Positions 1 through 13,784 of a stretch of DNA of 64,000 nt are shown in pieces. Source of the stretch: Amoebophrya sp. A120. Its lineage: Eukaryota > Protista > Dinoflagellata. Within the stretch, counting starts at the first letter, position 1. Every line of letters starts with the position of its first letter. A program made the position numbers and the translations under genes. The notes below the pieces were generated by a model. The model was not told the DNA's origin, made no database searches, and saw nothing but the letters and a program-made list of their open reading frames with translations. The DNA lies in the NCBI GenBank assembly GCA_905178155.1, contig CAJINV010000004.1:4644518-4708517 (forward strand). The letters are read 5' to 3'.

Positions 1-810
1 GGAGCTCCAAGACCACCCGGACGGCGTCCACTTCGAGGACTTTGCGAAGCACCAAAAAATAATGCGGTCCATCTTCGAGGGCCATCCCGTGTTCCAAATT
101 TCGGGCAGTGTCTGCCAGGTGCTTTTCTTAGCCTACTTTCTGCTATGAGATTGCACGACAACTTCCCTACCCCCTCCCCCTCATTTGTATTGCATGAACA
201 GCAGTACAAACGCCAGCGACCTTGGAGCTTGTGCGTGACAAACTTATGTACCTACTGTAGTACTATTTGGGCTCTCGAAACTTGTCATGCAAACAGTGCC
301 ACAAGGCAGTGGCTGGATTTGGGATTTTGCATGACAAATGAGGGGGGAGGGGGGAGTTGTGCACTCTCATATCTGCTCGCGTTGCGGGCGGAGAAGCTGC
401 GGGTGTGGGAGTTGGCGGACATGTCGTCGAGCGACGAGGACGAGGAGGTGCTCGATGAGAACGAGTTTTTGGAGCACATGTCGCTGTTGAAGAAAAACCA
501 GCCGCGTCTGCAGCGGCAGCACGCAAACAAGCGCGACACCTTGACGCTGCAAAGCCTGGCATCGACGACGACCTCCACGGTGTCGGTTGCAGGAGTAGTG
601 CCAGGAGCAGCTGGAAGTGTCCTGGTTGCAGCAGGAGCAGCAGCTCGGGAAGGCAGTAGTGCGAAAGAATCAGCTCCACCGACAGGCGCTGCTTCCACGA
701 CCGCGTCATTGCCAACGCAACAGAAAAGGATGGGGTTCGCAGGTGTGGTAAGGCCGGAAGGAGAACAAGCAGTGGCAGAAGACGGAGAACAGGTCAGGAT
801 GGTGCAATAG
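1..810 (+). CDS. 3' part of a hypothetical, probably membrane protein (5' end outside window)
   Basis: Exons 2-143 and 377-810 join as ...CQVLFLAYFL|LALRAEKLRVWE... after removing element 144-371 plus one DR; stop TAG 808-810. Confidence 0.75.
   Translation, partial: GAPRPPGRRPLRGLCEAPKNNAVHLRGPSRVPNFGQCLPGAFLSLLSAMRLHDNFPTPSPSFVLHEQQYKRQRPWSLCVTNLCTYCSTIWALETCHANSATRQWLDLGFCMTNEGGGGSCALSYLLALRAEKLRVWELADMSSSDEDEEVLDENEFLEHMSLLKKNQPRLQRQHANKRDTLTLQSLASTTTSTVSVAGVVPGAAGSVLVAAGAAAREGSSAKESAPPTGAASTTASLPTQQKRMGFAGVVRPEGEQAVAEDGEQVRMVQ
144..371. mobile_element. Introner family A (TIR TATGA-AGTGCACAACTCCCCCTCCCCCTCATTTG)
   Basis: Ends TATGAGATTGCAC...GTGCACTCTCATA; DR TCTGC/TCTGC; removal restores frame. 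Confidence 0.93.
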
Positions 811-1814
811 ACACTTCTTGACAAATGCTTTTACAACTTTTGTGAAAGTTATTCTTGTTTTTCGAGAATCATCTCCTGGGTCATGTAGTGTGGACGACGG
901 GAAGACTTGTAGAATAATGAAGAACAGGAAGAAATGTCATTACCAACCTCAGCGCCGCTGTTATACTTTTTGTTGTCAATATGCCGGCTGAGTCTTCAAT
1001 TTTTCAATGCTGATCAAAGTTTCAAAAACATTGCGTCTACATTCGGCAGTTCTACTTGTTCAATCTTGTTTCCATACAAGCACTCGCACACGACGTCGTG
1101 GACAATAAGAAAACGCCTTGTACGATATCCAGACGAAGGACAAGAACGACAGAAAATAAAGATTAGCGAAGGCACGACTTCTTCCCGCCCTCTGTTCTCC
1201 TCACTACCGTTTGCACGCGCAGCGCAGTGAGGCGCAAACAGTCGTGAGTCGTCCCCCGCAAACAACGCCTACAAATTTTCTGGTGTGCGAAACAAAACGA
1301 GGCTGCATCTGCATGTCGTGGTTGATCGACGAACTTGAACACGAAGCAAGAAGTGATTTTTTTTGTAGACGTTGACGTGATTATTATCGTGATATTCCCT
1401 GAGGCTACTAGTGAGGAAAAAGCACTTTTATACGAGAGAAATAGAGAGCTGGTTCGTCGACAGAGTGGTTTCGCCGCTGCAAAAACGCGCTCTGTAGTTT
1501 TGTTGTCGCTTCTTTTCGCCTTCTTACTACAGCTGCTACTTCTACATCAAAAATTTTGATTGAGTCATTTAGTAGGTCAATGATCTTCGCTTCTATGGTC
1601 TTTCTCAGACGGGTAGTTGTCTTACCGCGAGGAAGGTGTCTATCAGTTGTTCCTTGCATGTTTGAGTACAACGTCAAAGAGAGAGGGAGCCGTAGTTCTA
1701 GTACCAGAATATAGGTCAGAAGGTCCTCGGCCGCTGAAGCCGAAACAAGCGGGACCACGAGGACAACACGACAAATATTCAAATCATCCCAGCGCTAAAC
1801 ACAGCCCGGCTAAT

Positions 1815-4800
1815 ATGTCGGGAACAACTTTCGGCGGTGGAAACGCGTCGCCTTTTGGCGGCGACGTTTTCGAGGTGCAGTGGAAGATGCGAAACCTGTT
1901 CCAGCAGTTGGATGTGCAGCAGCAACAGCAGGCGTCCAGTGGGAAAAAGGGCACCAAAACCGTGCACCAGATGCGGCTGTGCTACCAGATGTCGCAACTG
2001 CAGGAACACTTGACAAAAACGCGCACCAAGGGCGGCACGACGCCAACGTCCGCGAGCGGGGGCACTCCCGCTGGGCGGAAAAACGCCTCCAAATCAGCAC
2101 CAAGATCTAGAGCTGCGAGTATAGGATTTTGATGTTGACCGACTTGTTTTTTTTGATGCAATAGCTGCATATGTCAGACAGTAACTCGTGCGCCATAAGA
2201 CGCGAGCAAAGGGTGTTTTTTGTGAACATCATTCTTGATTCACAAATTTTCGCTACTGTTCGTTTCTTGTTGTGCTGGATCAATGGTAATGACCAAGGGC
2301 CAAACAAGAGGTGATCATATTGACATCATACGACAAATTGTCATCACGTCAGGTCGTGACTTCGAGAAAGGCCACACGGCTGGAGGAGGTCCTCGTAACG
2401 CTTTGCAGGCACACATGAAGCAGGAGAAGCAGGCGAAGAAGGCGCAGAACAAGCTTTTCAAACGGTTTGAGGCGTTAATCGAAGGCCGGATCCACGCTGC
2501 TAGTGAGGAACAGAAAATGAACCAAATGCGGCAGTCGCTCGAGAAAGAACTGAGCGACTGTGTGAAGAAGAAAAAGTATAGAAGGCATTTTTTGATGGTT
2601 TTGTTTTTATTGATGCTGGTGTACATTAGAAGAAGTAGAACGAATTAATGCGAAGGGATAGACTATTGTTCTCTTCACAGCAGCTGCTTGCTGATCCCGC
2701 ATCTTGAATTTTACGAATACACGTAGGACGCTGATGCGCAACCAACGACCTTCGTCTGCTGCGCCGACTGGCAGTAACCCCTCGGTAATGATGTCCGGCG
2801 AGCGCAGTGCAGAGATGAAGCACCACTATCACCATCGAAGCGACTATGCTCCTGGCATGGCCGGATCCACTGCCCAGCTGCACGACCAAAGAGACGAAGT
2901 GAGAGGTACTAATGGCAAAAATGCAACCTACCCAAACAAGATGAGCGCAACCAATGCCCGTCCCCTGTCCGCGGGGCCGTGTTTGCAGCAAGCGCACCAC
3001 ACGAGTCTGGCGGACTGGAAGGCGAACCGGATGCTGCACCAAGACCACCAGCATCAGACCGGGGCGGGGGCTTTGGACAGCAAGGAGGCCAATCCGATCT
3101 TCAAACAATGGCAGCAGATACAGAAAATGATATGACAGTGCACAACTCCCCCTCCCCCTCATTTGTATGACATGAACGGCAATACAAGCATCAGCAAGAG
3201 TGCCGGTTTTGCATGACAAGTTTACAGCACTGGAGTGTAGTTCTGTTTGAGCTTCCAAGATTTGTCATGCAAACTGTGCTACAAGGCAGCAGCTGGATTT
3301 GGGGTTTTGCATTACAAGTGAGGGGGAGGGGGAGTTGTGCACTTTCATAAATGAAGTCACAAGTGCGGAAACAAATCCAGTCTTCGTCCAGACCGGTATT
3401 TATACAAATCAGATTTATTGTGATGAGACCTTGCGCTTTCAGGGGGCTTGTCAGGGGAAGTAGTAAACGATGTTGCTATAATTTTCATCTTGTATGATGC
3501 GTTGCAAGGCAACAAGTAGTTTCCCTTTCCAAACTCGGTCGAAGGTGTCTGCCAGTGGCGTGATGATGTCTAGCACAGCTGCGTCAAAGAACAGCGGCGC
3601 AAGTCCAAGTCCACCGATGGCCGGTTCATCTGCAACACAGCACCAGGACCACGGTGCGTCGACGGCTGCAGCTGCTGGCACTAGTAGTGCAACAGCGGGC
3701 AATAAGACGGATGATGAGCTGATCCTCCTTTCCCCGCCCCAGAACGTCCGGCCCTACTCGGCGCACCCGAAGTCCCTGCAACCCAAACCGAGCGCGGAGC
3801 TCGCGGACACCGGGGGTCCAGACGACGAGAATAACACGGTGAGGCGCGCTTCTGCGGGCCTCGACGACAACGCGAGCGTGTTTCTGGACAAGGCAAAGAA
3901 GCGGCCCTGGACCAGCACCGGACTCCTGCACGAAAATAACTCTTCCAAGATCCAGCAGCCCGCGCAAGTGATTGCCAATATCGTGAACAACAAACCGAAG
4001 AAGAAGCGACCGGGCGCCGCGAAGAAGCGAAACACCTCAACGGGGGAGCGAGCGATGATTCACAGCCAGATCGCCATGCTGCAGACCCAGCTGGCCGCGG
4101 CGAGCGGGTATAACACAGGAGGTGGTGGTGGAAATAATAGTGCAACAGTGTCTGGTGGAGCAACAGCGACGAATAAAATGAGTCGCGGTAACAGCTCGAG
4201 TGGCAATAAAACGCGGTCTCAGCTACGGAAGAAGTACGGCCCAGATTGCCCGATCGGCTTCGACAACGCAAATGACGGCTACGCGTCGGATGAGGCTTTC
4301 ATCATCGACGACGCCGACGACGGCTACGCGAGTGACACGTCGGAGAAAATCCGCGAGGCACACACGGGGCAGTTCTACTCCTCGGGCAATTCGAGTTCTA
4401 TGGGAATCTATCCTGTGCAAAGGTATCGCACTCGTAGTAATAAATTGCGACCATGCATGACAAACATCCCTTTTTAGCTAAGGCAGCAGTACAAACTCCA
4501 CTTGTCTTCTTGAAAAGAAAATTTGTGATGCAATTCATACTAGTACGATACTTTTGCAATGCATAGAATTATCCATCGCAAGCGGGGCTTCAGTGCCGCG
4601 AGGAAACGAGGGTTGTCTATGACAGTGCACAACTCCCCCTCCCCCTCATTTGACATGCAAAGTACCAATTCCGCCCTTTTCTCTTTGGCACATCTTGCAT
4701 GACAGATATCGGAAGCCGAACCAGCACCAGACTCGGTCGCGAGTTTGTCATGCAAAAGCTGCATTTATGCCAGCACTTGTGTTGCTGTATATGCCATTCA

Positions 4801-7800
4801 AATGAGGGGGAGGGGGAGTTGTGTACTTTCATACTGTCGGCGAAAAATCGAGAAGGCGGTAGTGGTTCTGGTAATGTTCAACATGTCGCCGGGTCAACGA
4901 CTGTTGGAGCTGCAGCTGCTTCATCCCAAGGTAGTGGAGCTGCACCTGAAGGAGCAGCAGCCCGGATGAGCACGACAGCCGCCGGTGCGGCTGCAGCTGC
5001 TAACAACTCTTCTTCATCTTCACACAAAGCAAGCGAAAAGGAAAAGAACACAATGTCCAGCAAAGTCGCTGCTGCAAACGCCCGCATCCGATCCGGTGTT
5101 GATGAAGAGCACGAGGTACTTTTTTTTCATGTTTTTTCATCAACAGATCAACATTGATGAAAACAACGACGTCTTCCCCGTGTGACACTGAAAATGCATT
5201 TTTTGTGAAAAAAGAGATGAAAATACTGCAACTCTCTGATGTATCGCTTTCATCACATCAATTTCCAGGCCACCGTGGCGTTGCTTCAGGCCGTGGCAAG
5301 TCCGAACCGGCGGCGGCGGATCAATCCGCTCGTGAACCGCCAAGTACCCATGCTCGATCTCACCCGAACGAAGAGCTTCAAGGAAGATGTCTCCTACCCC
5401 GTTCTAACCACAGCGGAAAGCTCGAACGCGGGAGGGAATGACGAGGAGGAACAGACCGACCTTCGTGACGAGGCTGCAAAAGGTTTTCGAAATAGTCGTG
5501 TTGTTGAAAACGACCTGAAAGTGCAAGATTTAAGCACTCGCCGCGAGCAGCAGCAGGTCGTGTTGAGCCAAAACCTCAAGGCTTCACAAGGAGGAGGAGC
5601 GCCCTCTGCTGCGTCCTCGTCCAGCGGTAGCAGCAACTATAGCAGCACAACGGCCGCTTCTACCTCCGCTGCAGCCTCGTTAACCTCCAGTGGCACGACC
5701 GGTGCAGGAGCGAGCAGCAAAGCCAAAGCGGGCGTGTCAGCGACAGCGTCTGCGTCCTCTGCAAGTTCTGGTACTAATTCATCTTCCAGCGCAACAAGCA
5801 GTGCCTCCAGTACTTCTAGCGTCATCAAGCGTAGTACCAAGCACCCGCTCCAAGCAAAATCTGGAGATGGAACAACCACGACTTCTATGGCCACGACCTT
5901 CAAGAGGTCCTTCACTACCGGAGTGGATGTTCTCCCGCACCCGCCGACGGGGGATGCAGTGCAGTACCACATCGAGACGACAGAGGACGGGAATGTTCAC
6001 ACGTTGATGCGCACGACGAGCACCGAGAGCGGCAAGGTGGTGTCCGGCTCGATGGTGCAGCAGCAGCCTTTGGGTGGAGGTGCAGGAGGAGCTGTGGGAG
6101 CAGGATCAACAACGGGCAGCAGTGGCGGTGTTCATCTCGGAGCTAGTACTGTAGCTGGTAGCACAGCAACAGGAACAGCATCCGCTCATCACTCGGCAAC
6201 GTCAAACACTGCTGCCGCGACACCAGTTGCTGGAAGCGCTGCGCCAGCCATGATATCTGCGAACAGCAGTAGTGCTGCTTCGTCTTCTTCATCGTCGTCC
6301 AGCAGTAGTGCTACTATCAGAAGAAGTGCGCCGAATAACGTCGCAAATGTCGGACAGCACCCGATGTTGAGTCGGTCCCTCACTACCTCCGCCACAACGA
6401 CGACCAGCATCGTGGAGCCAAAGCCCGCGGATTTGGGCCCAGGTACTATCCCCTTTCGGGGGGCTTCCAATGCAGCAGGAGAAGGACCTGTTGCCCGTCC
6501 GCGAAGCACTTCCGAAGCGCATCTGGGAGGTGGTATCGGTGGCAGCCTTTCGGGAGCTTTAGCTCTAGGACAACAAGAACAACAGCCTCCGCCGCCGACG
6601 TTGACCACGTATCCCCGGCCGCCGATCATTGCGAAAAACCTTCTGACTTCTCTCGACGCGCAGTTCGAGGAGCAGCGGCGGAGACTGGTGCAACAGGAGC
6701 AAGCTGCCGCGGGAGCTCAAGCTGCTGCTGCTGCTACCAAACACCAAAACCTGGAGAGCGAGGACGGCAGCAATACGGCTCCTGCCGGCGGGTCGCGGGC
6801 AAAAGAGGCGGTGTTTGACCGGATCGGAGAGGTCTTTGTCCGGGCGGACAGTGATGTAGTAGCAGCAAGAACCAGGACTGACAGTAGTAGCAGCAACCAG
6901 CAGCAGCGTTTGCAGGCTCTGAATGCACAAAACCTGGCTGAGCAGATTGACGCGCGAGTACAGAATTTTCAACAACGCCGAGCGTTTGGAGCGGGAACAA
7001 GTTCACCTGCCGGAGGACCACCAGGCACGACAGCGACTAGAAGTGCGAACAACGCTCCTCCTGTAGGAAGTGTAAGCAACAAGCCCATCCTGGAGATCCC
7101 GATGCCTGACGACTTGGAGGACAACTCTTCTGGAACAAGAGCGGCGTCGAGAACAAATGTAGGAGCTGCAGTATCCGCATCTTCGACGAGGAATAGAGCC
7201 AGCGCGAGTGCTGGCACCCCCTCTACTGCAGCTTTCGACCAGGAGCCGACGTACCGACAGCACACGTCGACGCATTTGTCCCGAGTTGTGGGGAAGGTCC
7301 ATGTGCAGCCTTCGGCGACCAGTTTTCACTGCCAACACTATGGGAGTATTGGGCCGTCGAGTTGTAGTAGTAGTAGTGAGGATCTTCATCAGCGACGTGA
7401 TTTTATTCCCGAGGGTAAACATCCCTGTAACGAGGAAGTGGCCGCGCGAAACGCCCTAGCGGAAACGAGTTGCGACAAGAACAAGCTCATGCAGCGAGAG
7501 GACAACATAAGCCAGGTCGTGGCGCAAAAATTCACAGGAGCACTCCCCCCGAGATATAACAGCAATATCGGCGAGGCGAACTTTCTGGTCTTCCCGCCAC
7601 CTGAACCAAAAGTGGACAGGTTTTTACCACCGAAAATAAACACAACTTCCTCTTCTTCAAAGTCGGGTGATACTAGCAGCGACGCGAAGAGAACTTTGGG
7701 ATCATCAGGGGCGAGAACAGTTGTCAACAACGACGAGATGATATCAAATGTAAAAATGTCTGGGTCTGGAAACTTGTGATGCTGGTTGAGAAAGACGAGG

Positions 7801-8960
7801 ACGCCTCAATTGACTTGCAAGCATGACAAGTTTTGGAGGTGCTACAGTCTTGGCTTCTCTACGTGACAAAGTGAGCTTCTGCATGACAGAAAAGTGGAAC
7901 TTTTAGGTAATGCGCATGACAGACTTGAGAGTCATGTCAGACAAGCATGACAAACTTCCGCTCTTCCAGACCCAGACATTCTTACAATCCATAGATGATG
8001 TTAAACGCCGAGAGAATCGTTGTGAGCAGGGAGGTTCCCGCGTTTACGAAGAAGCAGACAGCACCTCTGTTGCGACCAAATAACGACCGCACCAGGAACT
8101 ACAGCACCAACAACTTAAATCAGCTGTCGCTTTCAACTTCGTCTCTGCAACAGCAACAAGAGCAGTTATTGGAACTGCCACTAAAAGTGGTGAATAGTGA
8201 CATGCCAGGGACGATGAAAGAGGATCATGAGTCGCTGCTTTCTGACGTCGAAGCTGCTCCTGGAACGAGAAGCAGTTCTAGTAGTACCACTTTCGACAAA
8301 AGTGGAAGTAGAAGCAGGAGTGGGACGTCTATCAACAAAATGAGCAACATCAAATCGAGCAGCAAGAACGTCGGCCTCGGCGGAGGTGATCCTAGAGCTG
8401 TAACGACTTCGTACGATAATTTTGTCTACCCGTTTCTGTCGCCGTCGCTCTGGTCGGAAGAGGACAAGGAAAACGTGGAGGTAATGGATCGATTCTTGAA
8501 AACGCAAGAACCGCCAAACTGGACCACAGCAGGTCGTCGGCCACCTGCGAGGAAGGAGAGCGGACTTGTTTTTCATGACCAACAGCAGATGAAGATGAGT
8601 TCTTCGTTTCTATCTTCGGACAGTAGCGGTGGAAACAGAGCTCCTTCGTTGTTCCCAGCAGCTGCAACTACTGCTTCGAATAAATCAATCCTGCTGCCAG
8701 AGGTCGGTGCAGCAGCGCAGAAAAGTGGTGCATCGAGTAGTTCATCTTTTCAACATCGCACTCAAACTGCAGCTCATAGTCATAGTACTACCTCCACCTC
8801 GTCCTCCTCCGGAAATAAAGTCGGCAGTAGTTCCTCGTCACTTGCCTCTTCGTCAGCGAGCCTTTTCCAGAAGCCGACAAATCCGAGGCGAAGCCTGGAG
8901 CGCGAAAGTTTGAACTTAGAGATTGAGGACGAGTTTCTGGCGTCACTCGGGATGCTGTGA
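1815..8960 (+). CDS. Large low-complexity (Ser/Ala/Gly/Gln-rich) hypothetical protein, 9 exons
   Basis: Exons 1815-2118, 2353-2575, 2727-3130, 3355-3395, 3509-4408, 4571-4617, 4839-5115, 5269-7741, 7999-8960 join in frame. GT-AG introns: 2119-2352, 2576-2726, 3396-3508, 5116-5268. Four introners. No recognisable domain. Confidence 0.7.
3131..3349. mobile_element. Introner family A
   Basis: TATGACAGTGCACAACTCCCCCTCCCCCTCA...TGAGGGGGAGGGGGAGTTGTGCACTTTCATA; DR AATGA/AATGA; spliced QKM|KSQVRKQ. Confidence 0.95.
4409..4565. mobile_element. Introner family B (about 150 bp; TIR TATCCTGTGCAAAAGTATCG-ACTCGTA)
   Basis: TATCCTGTGCAAAGGTATCG...CGATACTTTTGCAATGCATA; DR GAATC/GAATT; spliced MGI|IHRKRG. 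Confidence 0.93.
4618..4833. mobile_element. Introner family A
   Basis: About 33-bp TIR; DR TTGTC/CTGTC; spliced RGLS|AKNREG. Confidence 0.95.
7742..7993. mobile_element. Introner family C (TIR TATCAAATGCAAAAATGTCTGGGTCTGGAA)
   Basis: TATCAAATGTAAAAATGTCTGGGTCTGGAA...TTCCAGACCCAGACATTCTTACAATCCATA; DR GATGA/GATGA; spliced DEM|MLNAER. Confidence 0.94.
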
Positions 8961-11927
8961 AGTTGTAGACGAGGCGGGTACTAGAAGTACTACTACGCTT
9001 TGCGAGAGTCGTTACTAGTGGGTGGGTGGAAACAGTAAATAAGTGGAAATCGAAATTCTAGTGAGCTAGTTGTAGTCCTTATCCTTTCGACGTCTTGAGA
9101 AATGTGTTTTCTTTTCATGCTTCTAACTGGCTTCATGGTCAACATGCAGCTTCTATGAGATGGAGCAAAGTTGAAGTTTATGTCGTGGCGCTCTAGTACC
9201 TTTCACTTTCTTGAGTAAAAAATTCGAAATAGAACGACACAAGAGGAAATGAGTCGCGGGATAGATGAAAGCGATCAATCATCAGCATGAGTAAAAAAGT
9301 GAAGCATGACTTTTGATGTCCCGCGATTTGCGTTTAGATTTACGCCCACTGCTAATGCTGTCAAAATTGAATTCCAAATACACTTCCATGTAGTTTCCTC
9401 TTACTTTTAGTCTTATCGAGATACTTACTATCCTCCACGAGATATTTTATGAACCAAACGTCGAACTCGAACGCAAGCACTCTACTACTTCGTGCGACGG
9501 AACTACCGAGACCCGCCTGCAGAACTTCTCTAGACATGAAGAACATGAACTTTTGTTTGCAATCAGTTTATAAATAACCCAATCTAGTCTTACTCTTAGT
9601 CTTATAGCATAGCTCACACCACCAGGAGTATTTGTTACTAACTACCAGCTACTTGAGCTTTCCAAACGTTAATGTGATACAATAGTGGACGAATAAGGAC
9701 AGAGTGTCCACCTCGTCGTGGTTATGAAGCATTGAAAAGAAAATATCCGCCGTGGGGGCCAAATAAAGAAAATGAGCTAGTTTCCGCAATACATACAACT
9801 GTCTATGTTTTTTAATGTGCCACTCAATTTTTTAGCTTTCCGCATTAGAGATATGAATATATCGAATATTAAAGCCGAAAAATGTCTTTCGCAGCGGATT
9901 CGTGTGCTGATGATCGAAAGTGTGAGCTTGCTTAGCCGTGATAATGTTTTTTTAGTGACATCAACTCCAGCTGTCCAGCATGACTAGCTCCCCTAGGGTG
10001 CTGCTTTAAGCAACGTCTGATCTTGCCACCATCTGCTATCAAGAAGTATAATTTGGCAAGCTGCCTGTGTAGGATACATAGTTTGACTTCTGCACCACCG
10101 GTCAAGACAACAAGGAAGACAAATATAGAAAAATGCCTAGTTTCAGAGACTGACAACTCTGGACATCAATGATGATACCTTCCCAGCACTTTGACTGCCC
10201 GACATGCATTCCAGAATGTTGTCAAATGGTTTGCCACGCTCTAGTACTACCGCCCCCGTGCACGACGTTGCATTCGTCGAGGACCTGTAAAACTAAGTAC
10301 AAGCGTAAATGGAAGTACCATGCCCATCAGACAAAATCCTTGACATGCAATCAAAATCAATCAAATGCTAACGCAATGAGAATGTCAACGTATACTCTTA
10401 CGAGACCGCTGCATGATGTCAGTACGATGCTGCCACAGAACCAGCACAGATCAGGGCGTTTCCTTCTCTACCTAGCTAGAAATATGTGGACAGGACAAGA
10501 ATTGATATTGAACAGTTGCGATTAGAATTTCAAAAGAGCGTTGGAATATTATTTGCAGTAGAACTATAGTATGACTTTGATTCAGCTTACGCTTTCGTTT
10601 GAAAAAAGTAATAAAAGATGAAGATGAACAGAAAAATTAAATCCATGAGTAACAACTCCAAGATGAGCTTTTGTTTGTGAGAAATAGCAATAGTAGTTTC
10701 GTTTTTTTCGAGGATATTGATTTCTACACCAATGCACAGAGCTCTCTTTGACCATCCGAAATAAATCAATATGTAGACCATTGAGCCACTAATATGGTAT
10801 CGGAAAAATAGGATTTCTAAATTTCTTTGCAATTTCTCAAGAAGTAAACGAGAAAACGCGCAGCTGAAGCAGGTGACGCTGCGTTTTTTGCGCCCTGTGC
10901 GGCAGCCTGACGACGGTCGAGGTTGTGTGTGTTGCAAGTTGATTGTGTTTTCAACATCGTACAGCGCCACTGCAAAACTGCAGAAAAATATCGGTAAGAG
11001 CCAAATGAAACTGACGTCCAACAAAAATTACGTAGAGTGAATCCTTCGGCTTCGTGCACAAAGCGACGTGAGCGCACAGTCGACTCGTTGAGAGATAAAT
11101 AAGTACTAAATTTCGGACACTGCTCCAGCAGAACACGCCCCTCTGTCGGTCCTTTGTTGATGTTCGTGAGAGCAGAAGAGTTTCGCTTATGAGAGGTGGA
11201 CATTTTTGATTGATTTTTGAGCACAGTTGTACTTGTAGTTGTTATGCCTATGCGTACTCTAACTCTTTGTCTTTTTGCACTTGCATTTCGTTCTGACAAC
11301 TTCTACGTCGCACAACTCGTACAATAAACGCTGTCGAAGAACAAGAACTTTCACCCCCGTGCCTCATCAAACTCATCCGAAATCATCCCTTGCGAAGGGA
11401 TCGCAAAATTCCACATCTGTTGATCCCAACCTCCATTTCCAGGTGGCTGCACTTCACATTTTGACCTTTTACCCGAATCTATTTCAAATCTCTGTTCCAG
11501 AAGTTATTTCCCGCTCTTTCTTCAACAGATTTCTCTACGTTTTACTCTTGTTCGCTCTCTCTATCTCCGCTGTATAGTGGTAAGTAATACCGGTCGTGAT
11601 CTTATCATTATTTCTCTTTCCAGCAGGGTGAGGCTTCCGGAAAGAGAAGAGTAGTAAACAACAAGAAGAGGCGTAATAGTCACGACTACTTCACCCGTCG
11701 TGCTGTACTTGTCTAATACGCAAAAATAACCATGATCGTCAAAAAAAATTTACGACTTTCTGTACTCATTTATAACTTTAGGAGTCCTACAACTTAATCA
11801 GCTCAAGCTTATCAGCTTTGGCGAGCGACAAAATCCTGTTGTGACCACCTGGTGCGGTCTTTATTTTCTTTGATCTTTTTATCTACGAAAAAATCAGCTT
11901 TTGTTCTTGAATAGTCTGTACCAAAAA

Positions 11928-13784
11928 ATGTCGAACCACCCTAGCGAGACGACGCGAAACAGCGGGAATAAACACGCCCGGCCCTACGTAAACGACTATG
12001 ACCTGGTCGAGTCCCTCCCCGGGGCACAGTGCGATTGCACGGGCCCGCAGAGGGCGGAGTTCGTGACGCGGGCGAAAAAATTGTGGGAAATGGAGAAACA
12101 AGAAGACTTGGAGCAGCAGTATACAATTATTGAATAAAATAAGTAGAATTTTTCGAATTCTGTACCTACAGTATTACTGCGCCATGGCCAACATGATCCC
12201 GAGTTCATCCATCATGTTGAATGAGACTACCACATCAACTCGCTAATCGAAGAACCGAAAATCATGGTGAAGAAAATAAATCATAATCTATCAGAACCCG
12301 CACCCGGCAACAAGGCGCTTTGCGTGCTGAGCGGGAGATGGAGACGTTGTGCGAAATGTTTCCGCTATTGGAAAAGGCCCTGGTGCACAGTCTGTATTGC
12401 GAGCTCCACCAAGACATGAACGCCACGATTGAGCAGTGCGTTTCCCTCTGCGCCAGCATGGAAAGCAACGGCAGCGGCAGTGGGGGACTGATCGTCCCAG
12501 CGGAGGTGGTCGTGGAAGGGCAACAAGCGGCTTCATCTTCAAGTTCTGCGGAGCCCGCTCCGAAGACGGTGGATGAGTCTGGTATAATAAAGATTTCTTT
12601 GCATGATAACATATTCGTCATGCCACTTGTTCGGTATAAAATATTAATTCTGGTGACAGACACAGATCTGTGATGCTGCATAGACCTCCACGACACGAGA
12701 CGACCCCTACAAGAACACCGCTAAAAACGTATACAGACGCCGACTTCTTTTCTGCGGAAAGTCGCCAGAAGCGGAAGGCCGGTCTGGTGGTCACTGGGGA
12801 CTGGCCAGCACTCACCAATGCCGATGGCTGGGAGGTATACATCGATGCAACTACTGAAAGAAAAAGCGTTTGCTACAGCCGTTGCCGTTTCTTGGTTCTT
12901 TACTTACTCAAACGATTCTCATTTTGTTTTTGTCTGCTAGTGCTCGTCGATGATTTTGATGATGCAAACCTTGTTCTATGTGTTGGAGAAGGTGAATAAT
13001 CACAAACGTTAAAAAAAGGCTCTTTATCTACTTAAGTACCTTCATTATTGCAGGTCTGCAATGCGAAGGACGAGGTGAAATTGGAAGACCTGGCGATGGA
13101 TGAGACCGATGCGGAGAAATCCTCGTGTATCCTGTGTAAAAACGTCTCCACATCAGAGCCAAGATGGGGAATCTGCTAGACAACTCAGCCAGCTTTGCTT
13201 GTTTGGCATGACAAGTTTGTTCGCGTAGTGTAATCCTGTTTAGCTAGTTAAGAAGCATCACAGTTCTAGCATAGAATGCTGATTCTAGCATCACAAATTC
13301 CAAAACACGAATAAAAAATGCTTCGCATAGGGCTCCGCATGAGAATCTTTCTTGGCATGCAGAATTGCATGACAACTATGGGGTGGGGACGTTTTTACTC
13401 AGGATATCGTGGTCTCAAGTTGTCAAGGCGGCGAAGGACTTGCCCGACCCCCGGTACTCCGGTTCTTACCAGGACTACGACGGATCCTGCGACTACTCGC
13501 CGAAACTGCAGCCCTGCCAGTACGGGAAAATTTCTCCGAAGAAGAAGTGCGACAAGGACAGTGCTGCCGATGACGAGTACGACTACTACAAGTCGAACAC
13601 CAAGAAGCCTGAGCTGGAGGACTGGGAGCTCCGGCGGTCGCGGGGCCAGGCCAGTCGCGACAAGCGGAAGATCTTCGTGCACCCCCGCAGCTGCCGCGCG
13701 GAGTCCATGAGCACGGACACCGGGAGCGGGGTCGGGGAAGAAGTGGCGTTCGATGGTGGGGAAATGGGGATTCAGGACGAGTGA
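11928..13784 (+). CDS. CUE (ubiquitin-binding) domain-containing protein
   Basis: METLCEMFPLLEKALVHSLYCELHQDMNATIEQCV matches the CUE MFP motif. Exons 11928-12118, 12295-12581, 12737-12834, 13054-13127, 13412-13784 (3 GT-AG introns plus 1 introner). Confidence 0.7.
13128..13406. mobile_element. Introner family E (279 bp; TIR TATCCTG-GTAAAAACGTC-CCAC)
   Basis: TATCCTGTGTAAAAACGTCTCCAC...GTGGGGACGTTTTTACTCAGGATA; DR TCGTG/TCGTG; spliced KSS|WSQVVK. Confidence 0.94.

Noticed and set aside
9000-11900. Long intergenic regions searched for tRNA, snRNA or spliced-leader genes
   Set aside because: No cloverleaf, snRNA or dinoflagellate SL (CCGTAGCCATTTTGGCTCAAG) match was seen by eye; short ORFs lack coding character.
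12583-12683. Apparent TA...AG non-canonical intron or degenerate introner in the CUE gene
   Set aside because: A canonical GT-AG intron 12582-12736 restores the frame (ES|DADFF), and there is no convincing TIR or DR.
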